Shown here piece by piece: positions 28,025 through 36,873 of a stretch of 64,000 bases of DNA. The notes beneath the pieces were generated by a model. The model made no database searches, was not told the DNA's origin, and worked only from the letters and a program-made list of their open reading frames with translations. This stretch comes from an uncultured Alphaproteobacteria bacterium (lineage in GTDB: Bacteria; Pseudomonadota; Alphaproteobacteria; RF32; CAG-239), in the NCBI GenBank assembly GCA_944391425.1, contig CALXTO010000001.1:11066-75065 (forward strand), given 5' to 3'. A program made the position numbers and the translations under genes. Each line of letters opens with the position of its first letter. Positions within the stretch are counted from its first letter, which is position 1.

Positions 28025-28611
28025 GGCTGTTTACCCGGATTGAAGTTATTGTAAGCGTCAACGGCATGTTGAATTGCATCAATGACCGCGCGGGAGGTGA
28101 TGGTTGCTGCCGTGATGCCGTCAATTTCCCCGCCGTCTTGACGGACTTTGAATTTATGCTTGTTGGGGTTAAAACCGTCAAATTGTTTTTTAAAACGCGG
28201 TTCGTCAGCTTTGGAACCCAGCCCCGGTGTTTCGTTGTGTTTGGTGATTTTGAAGGTTTTGACGGAACCGTCGATATAAAAACCTGCAATCAGTTCAATT
28301 CTGCCGCCGTATCCGGCGTTGGAATAGGTTTTGACGGCAAAACCGCTGATGCTGCCGTTTTTACGGGCGGGATAAAGCTTCAGTTTGTATTTTTTATCGG
28401 GAGTGACAATGTTCATTTGCTCGGCAAAAGGATCGTTATCAAATTCGCCGACAACTTCAGCGATTGCCTCCAATTCTCTTTGATCTTTGGCTTTTTGAAT
28501 CGGTTCGCGCGTCAGTTGTTCAACAAAGGCGAGGATAAAAGCCGACAGCACGGCAATAGCCGTTAAAACCGTTACCATGCTCCAGAATGTGTTTGAGGAA
28601 TTTTTGGACAT
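28021..28611 (-). CDS. rnfG: Rnf complex subunit G (FMN-binding)
   Basis: 196 aa, single N-terminal TM. The C-terminal [12 protein letters not shown] site is the covalent-FMN threonine motif. Confidence 0.9.
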   Translation of the reverse strand: MSKNSSNTFWSMVTVLTAIAVLSAFILAFVEQLTREPIQKAKDQRELEAIAEVVGEFDNDPFAEQMNIVTPDKKYKLKLYPARKNGSISGFAVKTYSNAGYGGRIELIAGFYIDGSVKTFKITKHNETPGLGSKADEPRFKKQFDGFNPNKHKFKVRQDGGEIDGITAATITSRAVIDAIQHAVDAYNNFNPGKQP

Positions 28612-28614
28612 GCT

Positions 28615-29595
28615 TTATCTCCTGCTGCCGTAAAAACGCGGAGCAACATATTTGTCAATCAGTGGGACGAAGGCGTTCATAATTAAAATTGCAAAAGAAA
28701 CGCCTTCCGGATATGCGCTCCAGAGCCTGATGGCAACGGTGAGGATACCGCAGCCGACGGCGAAAATCACCTGCCCTTTTTTGTTCATGGGTGATGTAGC
28801 ATAATCCGTTGCCATAAAAAAGGCACCAAGCAGCAATCCGCCGGAAAACAAATGTGTCAAAGGATCATAACGCGGATCTCCGGTGGACAGCCACAGGACA
28901 GCCGTTATTAGAAATACGGTAGAAACGTAATAAAAAGGAATGTGCCAGGTAATGACACGCCGCCACAACAGGTAAAATAACCCAATCAGCAGCGCAAGCG
29001 CGGATACCTCACCGAGACAGCCGCCAATATTGCCTGCAAACATGTCCCAATAGCCGGGAAGCTTTCCCTGCAGAGCCGTGGCTGAAGTTTCGGCATCAAG
29101 ATGTTTCAGGATACCCAGCGTTGTGGCTCCGGTTTGAGCATCGGTTTCCCAAAAGCGCGCCAGATGCGGCTGCGGCCAGGAGGTCATCTGCACCGGAAAA
29201 GATATAAACAGAAAAACACGGCCGACCAAAGCCGGATTAAAAATATTTTTGCCCAGTCCGCCGTAACAGGTTTTGGCAACGATTATTGCCATAAAACAAC
29301 CGACCAGCGTCATCCACACCGGCATGGAACTCGGAAGGTTGTAAGCCAGAAGCAGTCCGGTGATAACCGCGGAAAAGTCGGTCGTGGTATTGCGGGTCTT
29401 GAGCCAGTAGCGGCAAGCCAGATATTCAAACAGGACACAGCCGGCCACTGAGGTAAAAATAACCAGCAGCGCGTTTATGCCGAAGAACAGGACGGCTGCC
29501 AGAGCTGCCGGCATAAGAGCTATGACGACGTCCAGCATAATGCTGCGGGTATCGCGGGTTGTTTGAAAATGCGGTGCAGTAGATATTTTTAGCAT
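28615..29595 (-). CDS. rnfD: Rnf complex subunit D
   Basis: 326 aa polytopic protein of the NqrB/RnfD family with the TGATTLG flavinylation motif. Confidence 0.92.
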   Translation of the reverse strand: MLKISTAPHFQTTRDTRSIMLDVVIALMPAALAAVLFFGINALLVIFTSVAGCVLFEYLACRYWLKTRNTTTDFSAVITGLLLAYNLPSSMPVWMTLVGCFMAIIVAKTCYGGLGKNIFNPALVGRVFLFISFPVQMTSWPQPHLARFWETDAQTGATTLGILKHLDAETSATALQGKLPGYWDMFAGNIGGCLGEVSALALLIGLFYLLWRRVITWHIPFYYVSTVFLITAVLWLSTGDPRYDPLTHLFSGGLLLGAFFMATDYATSPMNKKGQVIFAVGCGILTVAIRLWSAYPEGVSFAILIMNAFVPLIDKYVAPRFYGSRR

Positions 29596-29601
29596 GGTTC
29601 C

Positions 29602-30921
29602 TTATTTCTTTTTCAGTTCGGATTTGGCCAGTTTACAGTAATCCAACAGCGGCAGGCGGGCCGGACAGGTATAGGCGCAGCAGCCGCATTCGATGCAGTC
29701 CAAAACATGGCAATCGCGGAGTTCGTCAAAATTTCCGCCGCGAACTTTGCGCGCAATCAGGTACGGTTGCAGGCCGACCGGACAGACTTCCGTGCATTTT
29801 GCGCAGCGGATACAGCTATTTTCCGGGGCTTTGCGGCTTGTTTTTTCGGACAACAGCAAAATTCCGGATGTCAGCTTGGTGACGGGTGCATTGATATTGA
29901 ATGCCGCCGTTCCCATCATGGGACCGCCGAAAATAACTTTGGCCGTTTCGGGCGTTAACCCGCCGGCTTTATCAATCAGGAAAGATGCCGGAGTTCCTAT
30001 TCTGACCCGATAATTGGCCGGATGAAGGCAGGCATCGCCGCTGACGGTTACAATACGTTCAAACAACGGTTTGTTTTTCATGACAGCTTCATAAATTGCA
30101 AAGGCAGTGCCGACATTTTGTACCAGACACCCGGCATCCGCAGGAAGTTTTCCCGAAGGAACTTCGCGGCCGGTGATAGCTGTAATCAGCTGTTTTTCTC
30201 CCCCTTGCGGATACTTGGTTGCACAGACCTGAACGTTTACGCCGACATAAGTTTTGGTAACTTTGGAAACGGCTTCGACAGCGTGCGGTTTGTTTTCGTC
30301 AATGGCGATAACGGCGTTTTGGATACCGAGAATTTTGTTGATTATTTTGGCGCCGATAACGATTTGTTCCGCTTTTTCAACCATCAGGCGGTCATCAGCG
30401 GTTAAAAACGGTTCACACTCGATGCCGTTGATAATCAGCGTATCTACTTTTTTGTTTGACGGGATGCTGGTTTTAACGGGAGTCGGATACCCTGCTCCAC
30501 CCATGCCGACAATTCCGGCCTGCCGGATTTTGGCGATAATTTCCTCTGCCGTAAAGGGAATTTCTCTGGCGATGTCCGAAGAAAGGTCAACGGAAGGTTC
30601 AAACTCATCACCTTCGACGCGGATTGTTATCATGTCTTCGACATAGCCGAATTCGCCTTCGACAGCTTCTACCTTTAAAACTTCGCCGGATACGGATGAA
30701 TGGACGTCGGCCGAAACAATGCCGTCGGCATCGGCCAACAGCGTTCCGACTTTGACCTTGTCGCCTTTGGCAACAAGTATTTTGGCCGGGGAGCCGATAT
30801 GCTGTTTTACGGGAATATAGACTATTTCCGGCAAGCCGGCATCCATAATCGGGGATTCCGAAGTGATTTTATATTTATCGGGATGGATACCGCCCATAGG
30901 AAATGTTTTTAGCTTAGACAT
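29602..30921 (-). CDS. rnfC: Rnf complex subunit C
   Basis: 439 aa. GMGGAGYPT nucleotide-binding motif and two ferredoxin motifs, CIRCAKCTEVCP and CIECGCCAYTCP. Confidence 0.93.
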   Translation of the reverse strand: MSKLKTFPMGGIHPDKYKITSESPIMDAGLPEIVYIPVKQHIGSPAKILVAKGDKVKVGTLLADADGIVSADVHSSVSGEVLKVEAVEGEFGYVEDMITIRVEGDEFEPSVDLSSDIAREIPFTAEEIIAKIRQAGIVGMGGAGYPTPVKTSIPSNKKVDTLIINGIECEPFLTADDRLMVEKAEQIVIGAKIINKILGIQNAVIAIDENKPHAVEAVSKVTKTYVGVNVQVCATKYPQGGEKQLITAITGREVPSGKLPADAGCLVQNVGTAFAIYEAVMKNKPLFERIVTVSGDACLHPANYRVRIGTPASFLIDKAGGLTPETAKVIFGGPMMGTAAFNINAPVTKLTSGILLLSEKTSRKAPENSCIRCAKCTEVCPVGLQPYLIARKVRGGNFDELRDCHVLDCIECGCCAYTCPARLPLLDYCKLAKSELKKK

Positions 30922-31753
30922 GGCTGTTTTCTCCGCAACGGGTACATATAATGGCTCCTGTCGGGCAGGTTTGAGCCAATTCCGCGCCGAATTTTTCAGC
31001 CGAAACCGTATCCGGAATATAGGAAAGATTATTTTCGACTTTGATATCGGAATGAATTTTAGTGCATTTAAGGCAGGCTATGCAGGCCGCTTTGCAGTTT
31101 TTACGGGCAACGGCACCTTTTTGAGTATTACGGCAGGCGACATAGACGCGGCAGCCGTCTTTGCCGATGGCGCGAATTTCGAATAGCTGCCGCGGACAAG
31201 CGCGCACGCAGGCGCCACAGGAGGTGCATTTGTTTTCGTCGACAACGGGAATTCCCGTTGTTTTATCAATATGCAGAGCACCGAAAGGACAGGCTTTGAC
31301 GCAGTCTCCCAAGCGCAGGCAGCCTGACGGACAACCTGTCTGCCCGCAGGAAACTCTGTCGGCAATGCGGCAGCTGGAAACGCCGTCGTATTCTATTTTG
31401 GCCGGAGCATTTTCACAGGTGCCGTTGCAGCGCAAAACGGCTATGGTCGGTTCTTTGGCGGCGACGGAAAACCCCAGCACGGAAGCAATCTGCTCCATAA
31501 CCTTCATACCGCCAACCGGGCAAAACAAACCGGCAAACCCCGCCTCGTCGGCTCCGGCGCAGGCCGTGGCAAAATCATGGCAACCCGCTTTGCCGCAGCC
31601 GCCGCAGTTGGCCTGCGGCAGAATTTCGTCTATCTGCGTGATTTTATCGTCTTCTTCAACGGCAAATTTTCGGGAAACCAGATAAAGTACGATGGCGGCC
31701 GCAAGCGCCGTAACGCCCAAAACCAAAATGCTTAACAAGATAATGTTTTCCAT
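30914..31753 (-). CDS. rnfB: Rnf complex subunit B (polyferredoxin)
   Basis: 279 aa. N-terminal TM, CGGCGKAGC motif, then several CxxCxxCxxxCP clusters. Confidence 0.9.
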   Translation of the reverse strand: MENIILLSILVLGVTALAAAIVLYLVSRKFAVEEDDKITQIDEILPQANCGGCGKAGCHDFATACAGADEAGFAGLFCPVGGMKVMEQIASVLGFSVAAKEPTIAVLRCNGTCENAPAKIEYDGVSSCRIADRVSCGQTGCPSGCLRLGDCVKACPFGALHIDKTTGIPVVDENKCTSCGACVRACPRQLFEIRAIGKDGCRVYVACRNTQKGAVARKNCKAACIACLKCTKIHSDIKVENNLSYIPDTVSAEKFGAELAQTCPTGAIICTRCGENSHV

Positions 31754-31763
31754 GTCGGTCGCC

Positions 31764-32177
31764 CTAAGTTATTTTTGAGATATGAAAACTGAATTGCTTT
31801 TTTATTCGTTTCTGCGTTAAGAATAGTCCGAAATAATAAGGAATCAAGATAATAATTGCAGATATTCCAGCGCTAATTTCAGAGAAACCGGCGCACAATG
31901 CTACAACAAGAGTCGCAAGCATCAGCGCCAGCGGGAGGATATAAGCGTAAAAGACGGCCAGCCATCCCTGCCCGGCATTCATGCCGAGGCGGACCGTTTC
32001 CCCAGGGTGAAAATCGGCTGCGTGCGGAGACGGCACTTCTATGACCTTGTCCTGGCAGGACATCAGTCCGCAGCCATGGCGTGCATCACAGTCATGACAG
32101 GCCGGATAACGGCTTATTTTAACGCTGACGATGCCGTTTTTAACGGCGGTTACGGTTCCCAGATGTTCAATCGGCAT
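31764..32177 (-). CDS. RseC/MucC family (SoxR-reducing system) membrane protein
   Basis: 137 aa. N-terminal soluble part with a CHDC...C motif, then two TM helices. It sits directly upstream of rnfB, as RseC/RsxX-type genes often do. Confidence 0.65.
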   Translation of the reverse strand: MPIEHLGTVTAVKNGIVSVKISRYPACHDCDARHGCGLMSCQDKVIEVPSPHAADFHPGETVRLGMNAGQGWLAVFYAYILPLALMLATLVVALCAGFSEISAGISAIIILIPYYFGLFLTQKRIKKQFSFHISKIT

Positions 32178-33201
32178 TGCCGGATACTCCTATCAAATCT
32201 CTGGCGGCCGGAGAAACGTAAACTTCTCCGCCGTCCATTTGCAAAATAACGGCGAGCTGTTGTTTTTGGGCAAAAGCTTTGGCCTTTTCCGTTCCCATGG
32301 CGGTAAGCGCGGTTGCGTAAGCATCGGCCCAGGCACATTCCGGATAAAAAACCGTGGCCGAGACCAAGGCGTTTTCCGCGGGATATCCGGTTTGCGGGGA
32401 AATGGTATGGGCATATTTACGCCCGTTTCTGTAATAATAATTGCGGTAATTACCGGAAGTAGCTACGGAATAATCCGTCATTTCTATCCGCATTTCCGGG
32501 AAATTACGGTTTGGGTCCGGGATTGTAATGCCGACGAGCCAGCTCCCGTGAGGTCCTCGTCCGGAGACGCGCACCTCTCCTCCGATTTCAATCAAATAGT
32601 CACGGATGCCGTTTTGTTCCAGCAGCCGCGCGACTTCATCCACTCCGAAGCCTTTGGCAACGGCGGAAAGGTTTAAGAAGGTACGGCTGTCTTTTTTGCG
32701 CAAAGTGCCGAAATCCTTGCTAAAAGTGAGGCTGCCGAAATTGCTGTAAGACAGGACTTGCGAAATTTTTCCGGCGGAAGGTTCGTGATCCGGTTTTTCG
32801 GTGCCGAATCCCCAAAGTTCCACAAGTTTGCCAACAGCTGGATCAAACCAGCCGCCGCTTTGCTTCCATACGTCATGCGATATTTGCATCAGAGTTTGCA
32901 TTTGCGGAGACAGGCTGATGTCTTCTCCCGCTTCGGCACGGTTGATGCGGCTGATTTCGGAGTGCGGGACAAAGACGGACATATGATTGTCCACTTCTTG
33001 AAGCTTTTCTTTTATTTTATCTTCCAGCTTATTGATTTTTCGTCCTGAATTAAATTTTATTTTGTAATATGTGCCGAATATGTTTCCTTCAAACGACTGG
33101 TAGGAAGAGGTATAGCGGCGCAGGCACAAGGCTGCGACGGAAACTACAAGGATTATTGAAATGTATTTTAAAATACGCATATTATTATCAATCTTTTGCA
33201 T
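32167..33201 (-). CDS. apbE: FAD:protein FMN transferase ApbE
   Basis: 344 aa. ApbE family features (FGTYYKI, SRIN, LSAVAKGFGVD, GGEV, VATSGNY, ADAYATAL). The true start may be the internal MRILKY lipoprotein-like start. Confidence 0.88.
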   Translation of the reverse strand: MQKIDNNMRILKYISIILVVSVAALCLRRYTSSYQSFEGNIFGTYYKIKFNSGRKINKLEDKIKEKLQEVDNHMSVFVPHSEISRINRAEAGEDISLSPQMQTLMQISHDVWKQSGGWFDPAVGKLVELWGFGTEKPDHEPSAGKISQVLSYSNFGSLTFSKDFGTLRKKDSRTFLNLSAVAKGFGVDEVARLLEQNGIRDYLIEIGGEVRVSGRGPHGSWLVGITIPDPNRNFPEMRIEMTDYSVATSGNYRNYYYRNGRKYAHTISPQTGYPAENALVSATVFYPECAWADAYATALTAMGTEKAKAFAQKQQLAVILQMDGGEVYVSPAARDLIGVSGNAD

Positions 33202-33284
33202 AATTCGGAACTAGTTTTTTACTTTAAGAAAAATCTGTTATACGATGTATGCCGGCATCGTAATTTTTTATGAGGGATTATAAT

Positions 33285-33977
33285 ATGCAAAACAGAGTTG
33301 AAGCAATCATAAATAAAATAAAGTCACAATATATTAAGTCGGATTTTTGCCTGCAGAGCAAATGTGTGCGCCAAAAATGGCAAAAAGCGATTAATAAGGC
33401 GGGAGAAAAATTCGCCAAAGCAGGTGTTTCGGCCAACGTCATTTCCGTCAGCGGTTTTATTATCGGCCTGCTGGCCATTAATTTTCTGGCAATGAATATG
33501 TATTTTTGGGCATTGGTCTGCATTTTGGCCAACAGATTTTTTGATGCTTTGGACGGCGCCGTTGCCAGAGCCGCAAAAAGCAGTGATTTCGGCGTATTTT
33601 TGGATGCTTGCCTGGATTATACCTTTTATGCCGGGGTTATTTTCGGGTTTGCGCTTGCCTCCCCTTATCAAAATGCGGTTGCGGCTGCTTTCTTGTTGTT
33701 TGCGTTTACGGCTTCGGCCTGCGCCATGTTGTCTTATTCGGTGATTGCTTATAAAAACCGCCCGTCCCAGAAGTTGGACCTGGATCAGTCTCCTTTTTAT
33801 CTCGGCGGTCTGGCTCAGGGATTCGAAACTTTGACGGCTTTGGTCATTTTATGTATTGTTCCGGGATGGTTCCTGCCGGTGGCCGTTATTTTGGGCTGTT
33901 GGTGCCTGGTGAAATTCCTGCTTGTGATTTCGACGGCTTATTATAATTTTGTGGTCGCAGCCAAGAGTAAACCGTAA
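33285..33977 (+). CDS. CDP-alcohol phosphatidyltransferase family protein
   Basis: DALDGAVARAAKSSDFGVFLDACLDY matches the DG(x2)AR...G(x3)D(x3)D signature. Multi-TM. The ATG at 33285 follows GAGGGA. Confidence 0.8.
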   Translation: MQNRVEAIINKIKSQYIKSDFCLQSKCVRQKWQKAINKAGEKFAKAGVSANVISVSGFIIGLLAINFLAMNMYFWALVCILANRFFDALDGAVARAAKSSDFGVFLDACLDYTFYAGVIFGFALASPYQNAVAAAFLLFAFTASACAMLSYSVIAYKNRPSQKLDLDQSPFYLGGLAQGFETLTALVILCIVPGWFLPVAVILGCWCLVKFLLVISTAYYNFVVAAKSKP

Positions 33978-35578
33978 TGCAGAAAATCAAGGCTGTCTTT
34001 TATATTGTCTGGGGAATCGTTTTATCTGCTCCCGTTTTGGCACAGGAGACAGAAAACCGTTTTGACAACGATAAAGTCAGCCTTCGGCTTTTTTCCAATT
34101 TTGAACAGGTAAATCCTCTGCAAAATCTGGAAATATTTTTGCGTTTTAAAATGCATGACGGCTGGCATATCTTTTCACAGGAACCGGGAGAAGCTGGCAT
34201 GCCGACCCAGGTCAAGTGGTCTTTGCCCCAAGGCTACCGTCAGCTTGAAGAAAGCTGGAGTAGAGATGAAACTTTTGAAACGGAAGGAATTGTTCAGCAT
34301 GGGTACGGTGATACGGCTTATTACAAAGCAACCATCCGTCCTGATGCGGCTTCTGCTGCTGTCGGCGGCGAAGCCATGTTGACGGCTGATGTCCGCTGGC
34401 TGGCGTGCCGGGAAGAATGCGTTCCGGAAAAGGCGCGCCTGAGGTTGAAGTTACCCATAACGTATCGGGATCTGTTGCCCGGAAAAGAGTGGCAGAATGT
34501 TGCGGCGGCGGCTCAGGAATGGTTTCATCCCCGGGCGGAAAAAGAAGAATTCGGTTTGTGGTTGGTTTTGTTGATGGCTTTTGCCGGTGGAATCGTTTTG
34601 AATTTTATGCCGTGCATTTTTCCGATTTTGGCAATCAAAGCCATTTCTTTATCACAGACGTCTTACAGCAAATATAAAAGCCGAATGGAATCTTTGTTTT
34701 ACACGTTGGGCGTGATTGTTTCTTTTTTAATTATGGCGGCAATATTGTACGCCTTGCGGAGCCAGGGCGAATATCTGGGCTGGGGATTTCAGTTGCAGTC
34801 TCCCGTGTTTGTGGGAATCATGATTGTTGTTTTTGCGGTTATTGCCCTGATGTTTTTGGATATTGTCGTTATCAATAATCCTTTTGCCGATAAGTTGGGA
34901 CGGATGTCTTTTCAAAATCATTTGCTCAGTTCTTTTATGACAGGTTTTTTGGCTGTTTTGATTGCCAGCCCCTGCACGGCTCCCTTTATGGGGGTTGCCG
35001 TCGGATATACGCTGAGCGCGCCGCCGCATATTTATTATCCGGTCTTCTTTGTTTTAGGGCTTGGATATGCTCTTCCCTTTGCATTGGCCGGACTTTTTCC
35101 GAAAATAATTGCCAAGATTCTGCCGCGACCGGGAAAATGGATGGTGATTTTGAAGAAAATATTTGCCATTCCCGTCCTTTTGACTTGTGTCTGGCTGGTA
35201 TGGGTGCTGTATAATCAGCTTATTCCGCGCAAGGCTCCGGATTTGTTGTGGAAAGAGTATGATGTCCGAGGGGTGGAACAGCTGCTGTCCCGCCATGAAC
35301 CCGTGTTTGTCGATTTTACGGCCAAATGGTGCATCACCTGTCTGATTAACCGGGAAACAGCCCTGCAATCAAAAGAATTTGAGAAATTAGTTGATGAGCA
35401 CGGCATACACCTGTTTCGGGCGGATTGGACAAACAACAGCGAAAATATTGCCAGAGCCCTGGCTTCTTATGGGCGCAACAGTATTCCGCTTTATGTGTAT
35501 TATGACGGAAAATCGGATGATTATTTAATTTTACCGCAGTTGCTTACGCCTGGTATTCTGAGAGAATATTTAAAATAA
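33977..35578 (+). CDS. dsbD: thiol:disulfide interchange protein DsbD-like
   Basis: 533 aa. Periplasmic N-domain, central DsbD TM domain (two conserved Cys in TM helices) and a C-terminal thioredoxin fold with WCITC. Confidence 0.85.
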   Translation: MQKIKAVFYIVWGIVLSAPVLAQETENRFDNDKVSLRLFSNFEQVNPLQNLEIFLRFKMHDGWHIFSQEPGEAGMPTQVKWSLPQGYRQLEESWSRDETFETEGIVQHGYGDTAYYKATIRPDAASAAVGGEAMLTADVRWLACREECVPEKARLRLKLPITYRDLLPGKEWQNVAAAAQEWFHPRAEKEEFGLWLVLLMAFAGGIVLNFMPCIFPILAIKAISLSQTSYSKYKSRMESLFYTLGVIVSFLIMAAILYALRSQGEYLGWGFQLQSPVFVGIMIVVFAVIALMFLDIVVINNPFADKLGRMSFQNHLLSSFMTGFLAVLIASPCTAPFMGVAVGYTLSAPPHIYYPVFFVLGLGYALPFALAGLFPKIIAKILPRPGKWMVILKKIFAIPVLLTCVWLVWVLYNQLIPRKAPDLLWKEYDVRGVEQLLSRHEPVFVDFTAKWCITCLINRETALQSKEFEKLVDEHGIHLFRADWTNNSENIARALASYGRNSIPLYVYYDGKSDDYLILPQLLTPGILREYLK

Positions 35579-35612
35579 AAAAAGCCTCCCCGGAGGGAGG
35601 CCTCAGTTTTTT
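35578..35612. terminator. bidirectional terminator
   Basis: GCCTCCC (35584-35590) / GGGAGGC (35595-35601) stem flanked by an A-run and a T-run, between convergent genes. Confidence 0.7.
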
Positions 35613-36387
35613 ATTTTCCGAAAATGCCAATGCTTTTGACTTTGTCTTTAACGCCGCCGACAACATTGTCCAAATTTTCTTTGGCAATGTTTTTAACGTC
35701 GTTTAATCCGCTTTTGACAACCGTCTGCGAAGCGGTGTTCAGAATCTTGGCAAAGATTTTGGAAATGGAGGCTGCAATACTTTCACCTTTTTTGTCTTGT
35801 CCGATATCTTTCAAGGTAATTTCAGGAAGCTTGACGTCCAGTGCTGCTGCCTTGCCTTCTAACGGTGTTTCGGCTTTGATTTCGCCGCCGGCGACAATAA
35901 CCTTTTTAATAATGACTTTTTTTGATGCTGCTTTTTGTTCCGCAGATTTTTTCGGCTCTGCCGCGGTTTTTTGTTCTTCTTTGACGGCAGAAGCTGTGTT
36001 TTTGGAAATATTTTCCTGAATCTGTTTGATGTTGTTTTGAGTCAAAGAGCGCATTTCATAGGTGATAACAGGCTTTTGGATATTTATTTCTTCAATAACA
36101 ATAGTATCCGTGGTCAGACTTTTAACGTCGACTTTAACGTTTATGCTGCCTAGATCAAACAAATAAGGACTTTTGTAATTTTTGGGATTGGCAACGGTCA
36201 ACCCGGAAACGGAAGCCGTCCCGTTTAACGGGGAAAACTGGAAACCGCCAAGCTTGACCTCCGTTCCTGTGATTTCGGAGCCATATTTGTTGACAACGGT
36301 TTTGACGATTGATTCTAAAGAAAGCCATACTGCGCCGACGGCAAGCAGAATAATGGCAACAAGGCTGATAAATATTTTCTTTTTCAT
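35611..36387 (-). CDS. membrane-anchored hypothetical protein (AsmA/DUF748-like?)
   Basis: Start set at the ATG at 36387, preceded by GGAGG (MKKKIFISLVAIILLAVGAV). One N-terminal TM, beta-rich body and a K/E/A-rich linker. The family assignment is tentative. Confidence 0.6.
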   Translation of the reverse strand: MKKKIFISLVAIILLAVGAVWLSLESIVKTVVNKYGSEITGTEVKLGGFQFSPLNGTASVSGLTVANPKNYKSPYLFDLGSINVKVDVKSLTTDTIVIEEINIQKPVITYEMRSLTQNNIKQIQENISKNTASAVKEEQKTAAEPKKSAEQKAASKKVIIKKVIVAGGEIKAETPLEGKAAALDVKLPEITLKDIGQDKKGESIAASISKIFAKILNTASQTVVKSGLNDVKNIAKENLDNVVGGVKDKVKSIGIFGK

Positions 36388-36483
36388 GTAATCCTCCTTC
36401 AGTTGATGATGCGGTAATTGTAAATCTTTCTTGATGTTTGGCAAGAAAAATATTTTTTGATGAAAAAAAGTTCAAAAAATTGT

Positions 36484-36512
36484 TGCAAAAATTTTTTAGT
36501 CGGTTTATATTC
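36484..36512 (+). promoter_or_regulatory. putative sigma70 promoter of tRNA-Lys
   Basis: TTGCAA (36484-36489), 17-nt spacer, TATATT (36507-36512). The tRNA starts at 36531. Confidence 0.5.
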
Positions 36513-36530
36513 CCGCTGTATTCGCTGATG

Positions 36531-36606
36531 GGTGCGTAGCTCAGTTGGTAGAGCAACTGACTCTTAATCAGTGGGTCTGGGGTTCGAACCCCCACGCGCC
36601 TACCAG
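36531..36606 (+). tRNA. tRNA-Lys (anticodon CTT)
   Basis: Hand-folded. Acceptor GGGTGCG/CGCGCCT, D stem GCTC/GAGC, anticodon stem ACTGA/TCAGT with loop CTCTTAA, T arm TGGGG-TTCGAAC-CCCCA, encoded ACCA. Confidence 0.95.
36591..36606 (+). repeat. direct repeat, left copy (last 16 nt of tRNA-Lys)
   Basis: CCCCACGCGCCTACCA recurs exactly at 36828-36843 (offset 237). Confidence 0.9.
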
Positions 36607-36615
36607 TTTATTGGA

Positions 36616-36652
36616 AAACCGGAATTTAAGCAATTCCGGTTTTTGTTTTTTA
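36616..36652 (+). terminator. Rho-independent terminator directly after intact tRNA-Lys
   Basis: CCGGAATT (36620-36627) / AATTCCGG (36633-36640) stem followed by TTTTTGTTTTTT. Confidence 0.7.
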
Positions 36653-36827
36653 TGGGGCGTGGATGGTTCTCACGTTCTTGCTCGTAGGCTCTGCTGCTGC
36701 AATCGCCAACTCGCTTCGGTCACTCAGTTTGTAACGTTTGCGGCGTCGGTAACCATCGACTGGCAAACGAACAAACTTTCGCCTGTCGTCAGAAAAAGCT
36801 TCACCGGAGCTTTTTCTTTCCTCCAGC
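36653..36827 (+). other. conserved structured tRNA-flanking element, copy B (candidate ncRNA or miniature integrative element)
   Basis: Collinear with 1998-2188 downstream of tRNA-Val. Shared blocks: GTTCTT..GCTCGTA; a 32-nt block 29/32 identical; a 25-nt block 23/25 identical; CCTCCAGCC. Inter-block distances are identical (57 and 55 nt). Two helices are supported by compensatory changes. No conserved ORF. Confidence 0.6.
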
Positions 36828-36843
36828 CCCACGCGCCTACCAT
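36828..36843 (+). repeat. direct repeat, right copy (partial tRNA-Lys 3' end, T-stem 3' strand to CCA)
   Basis: Exact 16-nt copy of 36591-36606, preceded by CCTCCAG instead of the T loop. It is not part of a foldable tRNA. Confidence 0.9.
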
Positions 36844-36845
36844 TA

Positions 36846-36873
36846 AAAAGCCTGCTTTTTTTGCAGGCTTTTA
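36846..36873. terminator. hairpin terminator after the partial tRNA-Lys copy
   Basis: AAAGCCTGC (36848-36856) / GCAGGCTTT (36864-36872) stem with a T7 loop. It also abuts the stop of the minus-strand GT2 gene. It is probably the ancestral tRNA-Lys terminator and acts bidirectionally. Confidence 0.6.

Noticed and set aside
26850-33201. Numerous 60-180 aa antisense or alternative-frame ORFs inside rnf, apbE, metG, yejF and other genes
   Set aside because: They lie entirely within longer ORFs that have clear family signatures. This is typical of shadow ORFs in moderately GC-rich coding DNA.
36650-36832. 60-aa minus-strand ORF in the element, with an apparently conserved peptide KRYK.SDRSELA also translatable from the tRNA-Val copy
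   Set aside because: The similarity simply reflects the 29/32-nt identical block. The tRNA-Val copy has an in-frame TAA just upstream and the flanking residues are unrelated. There is no start or RBS conservation, so it is not coding.
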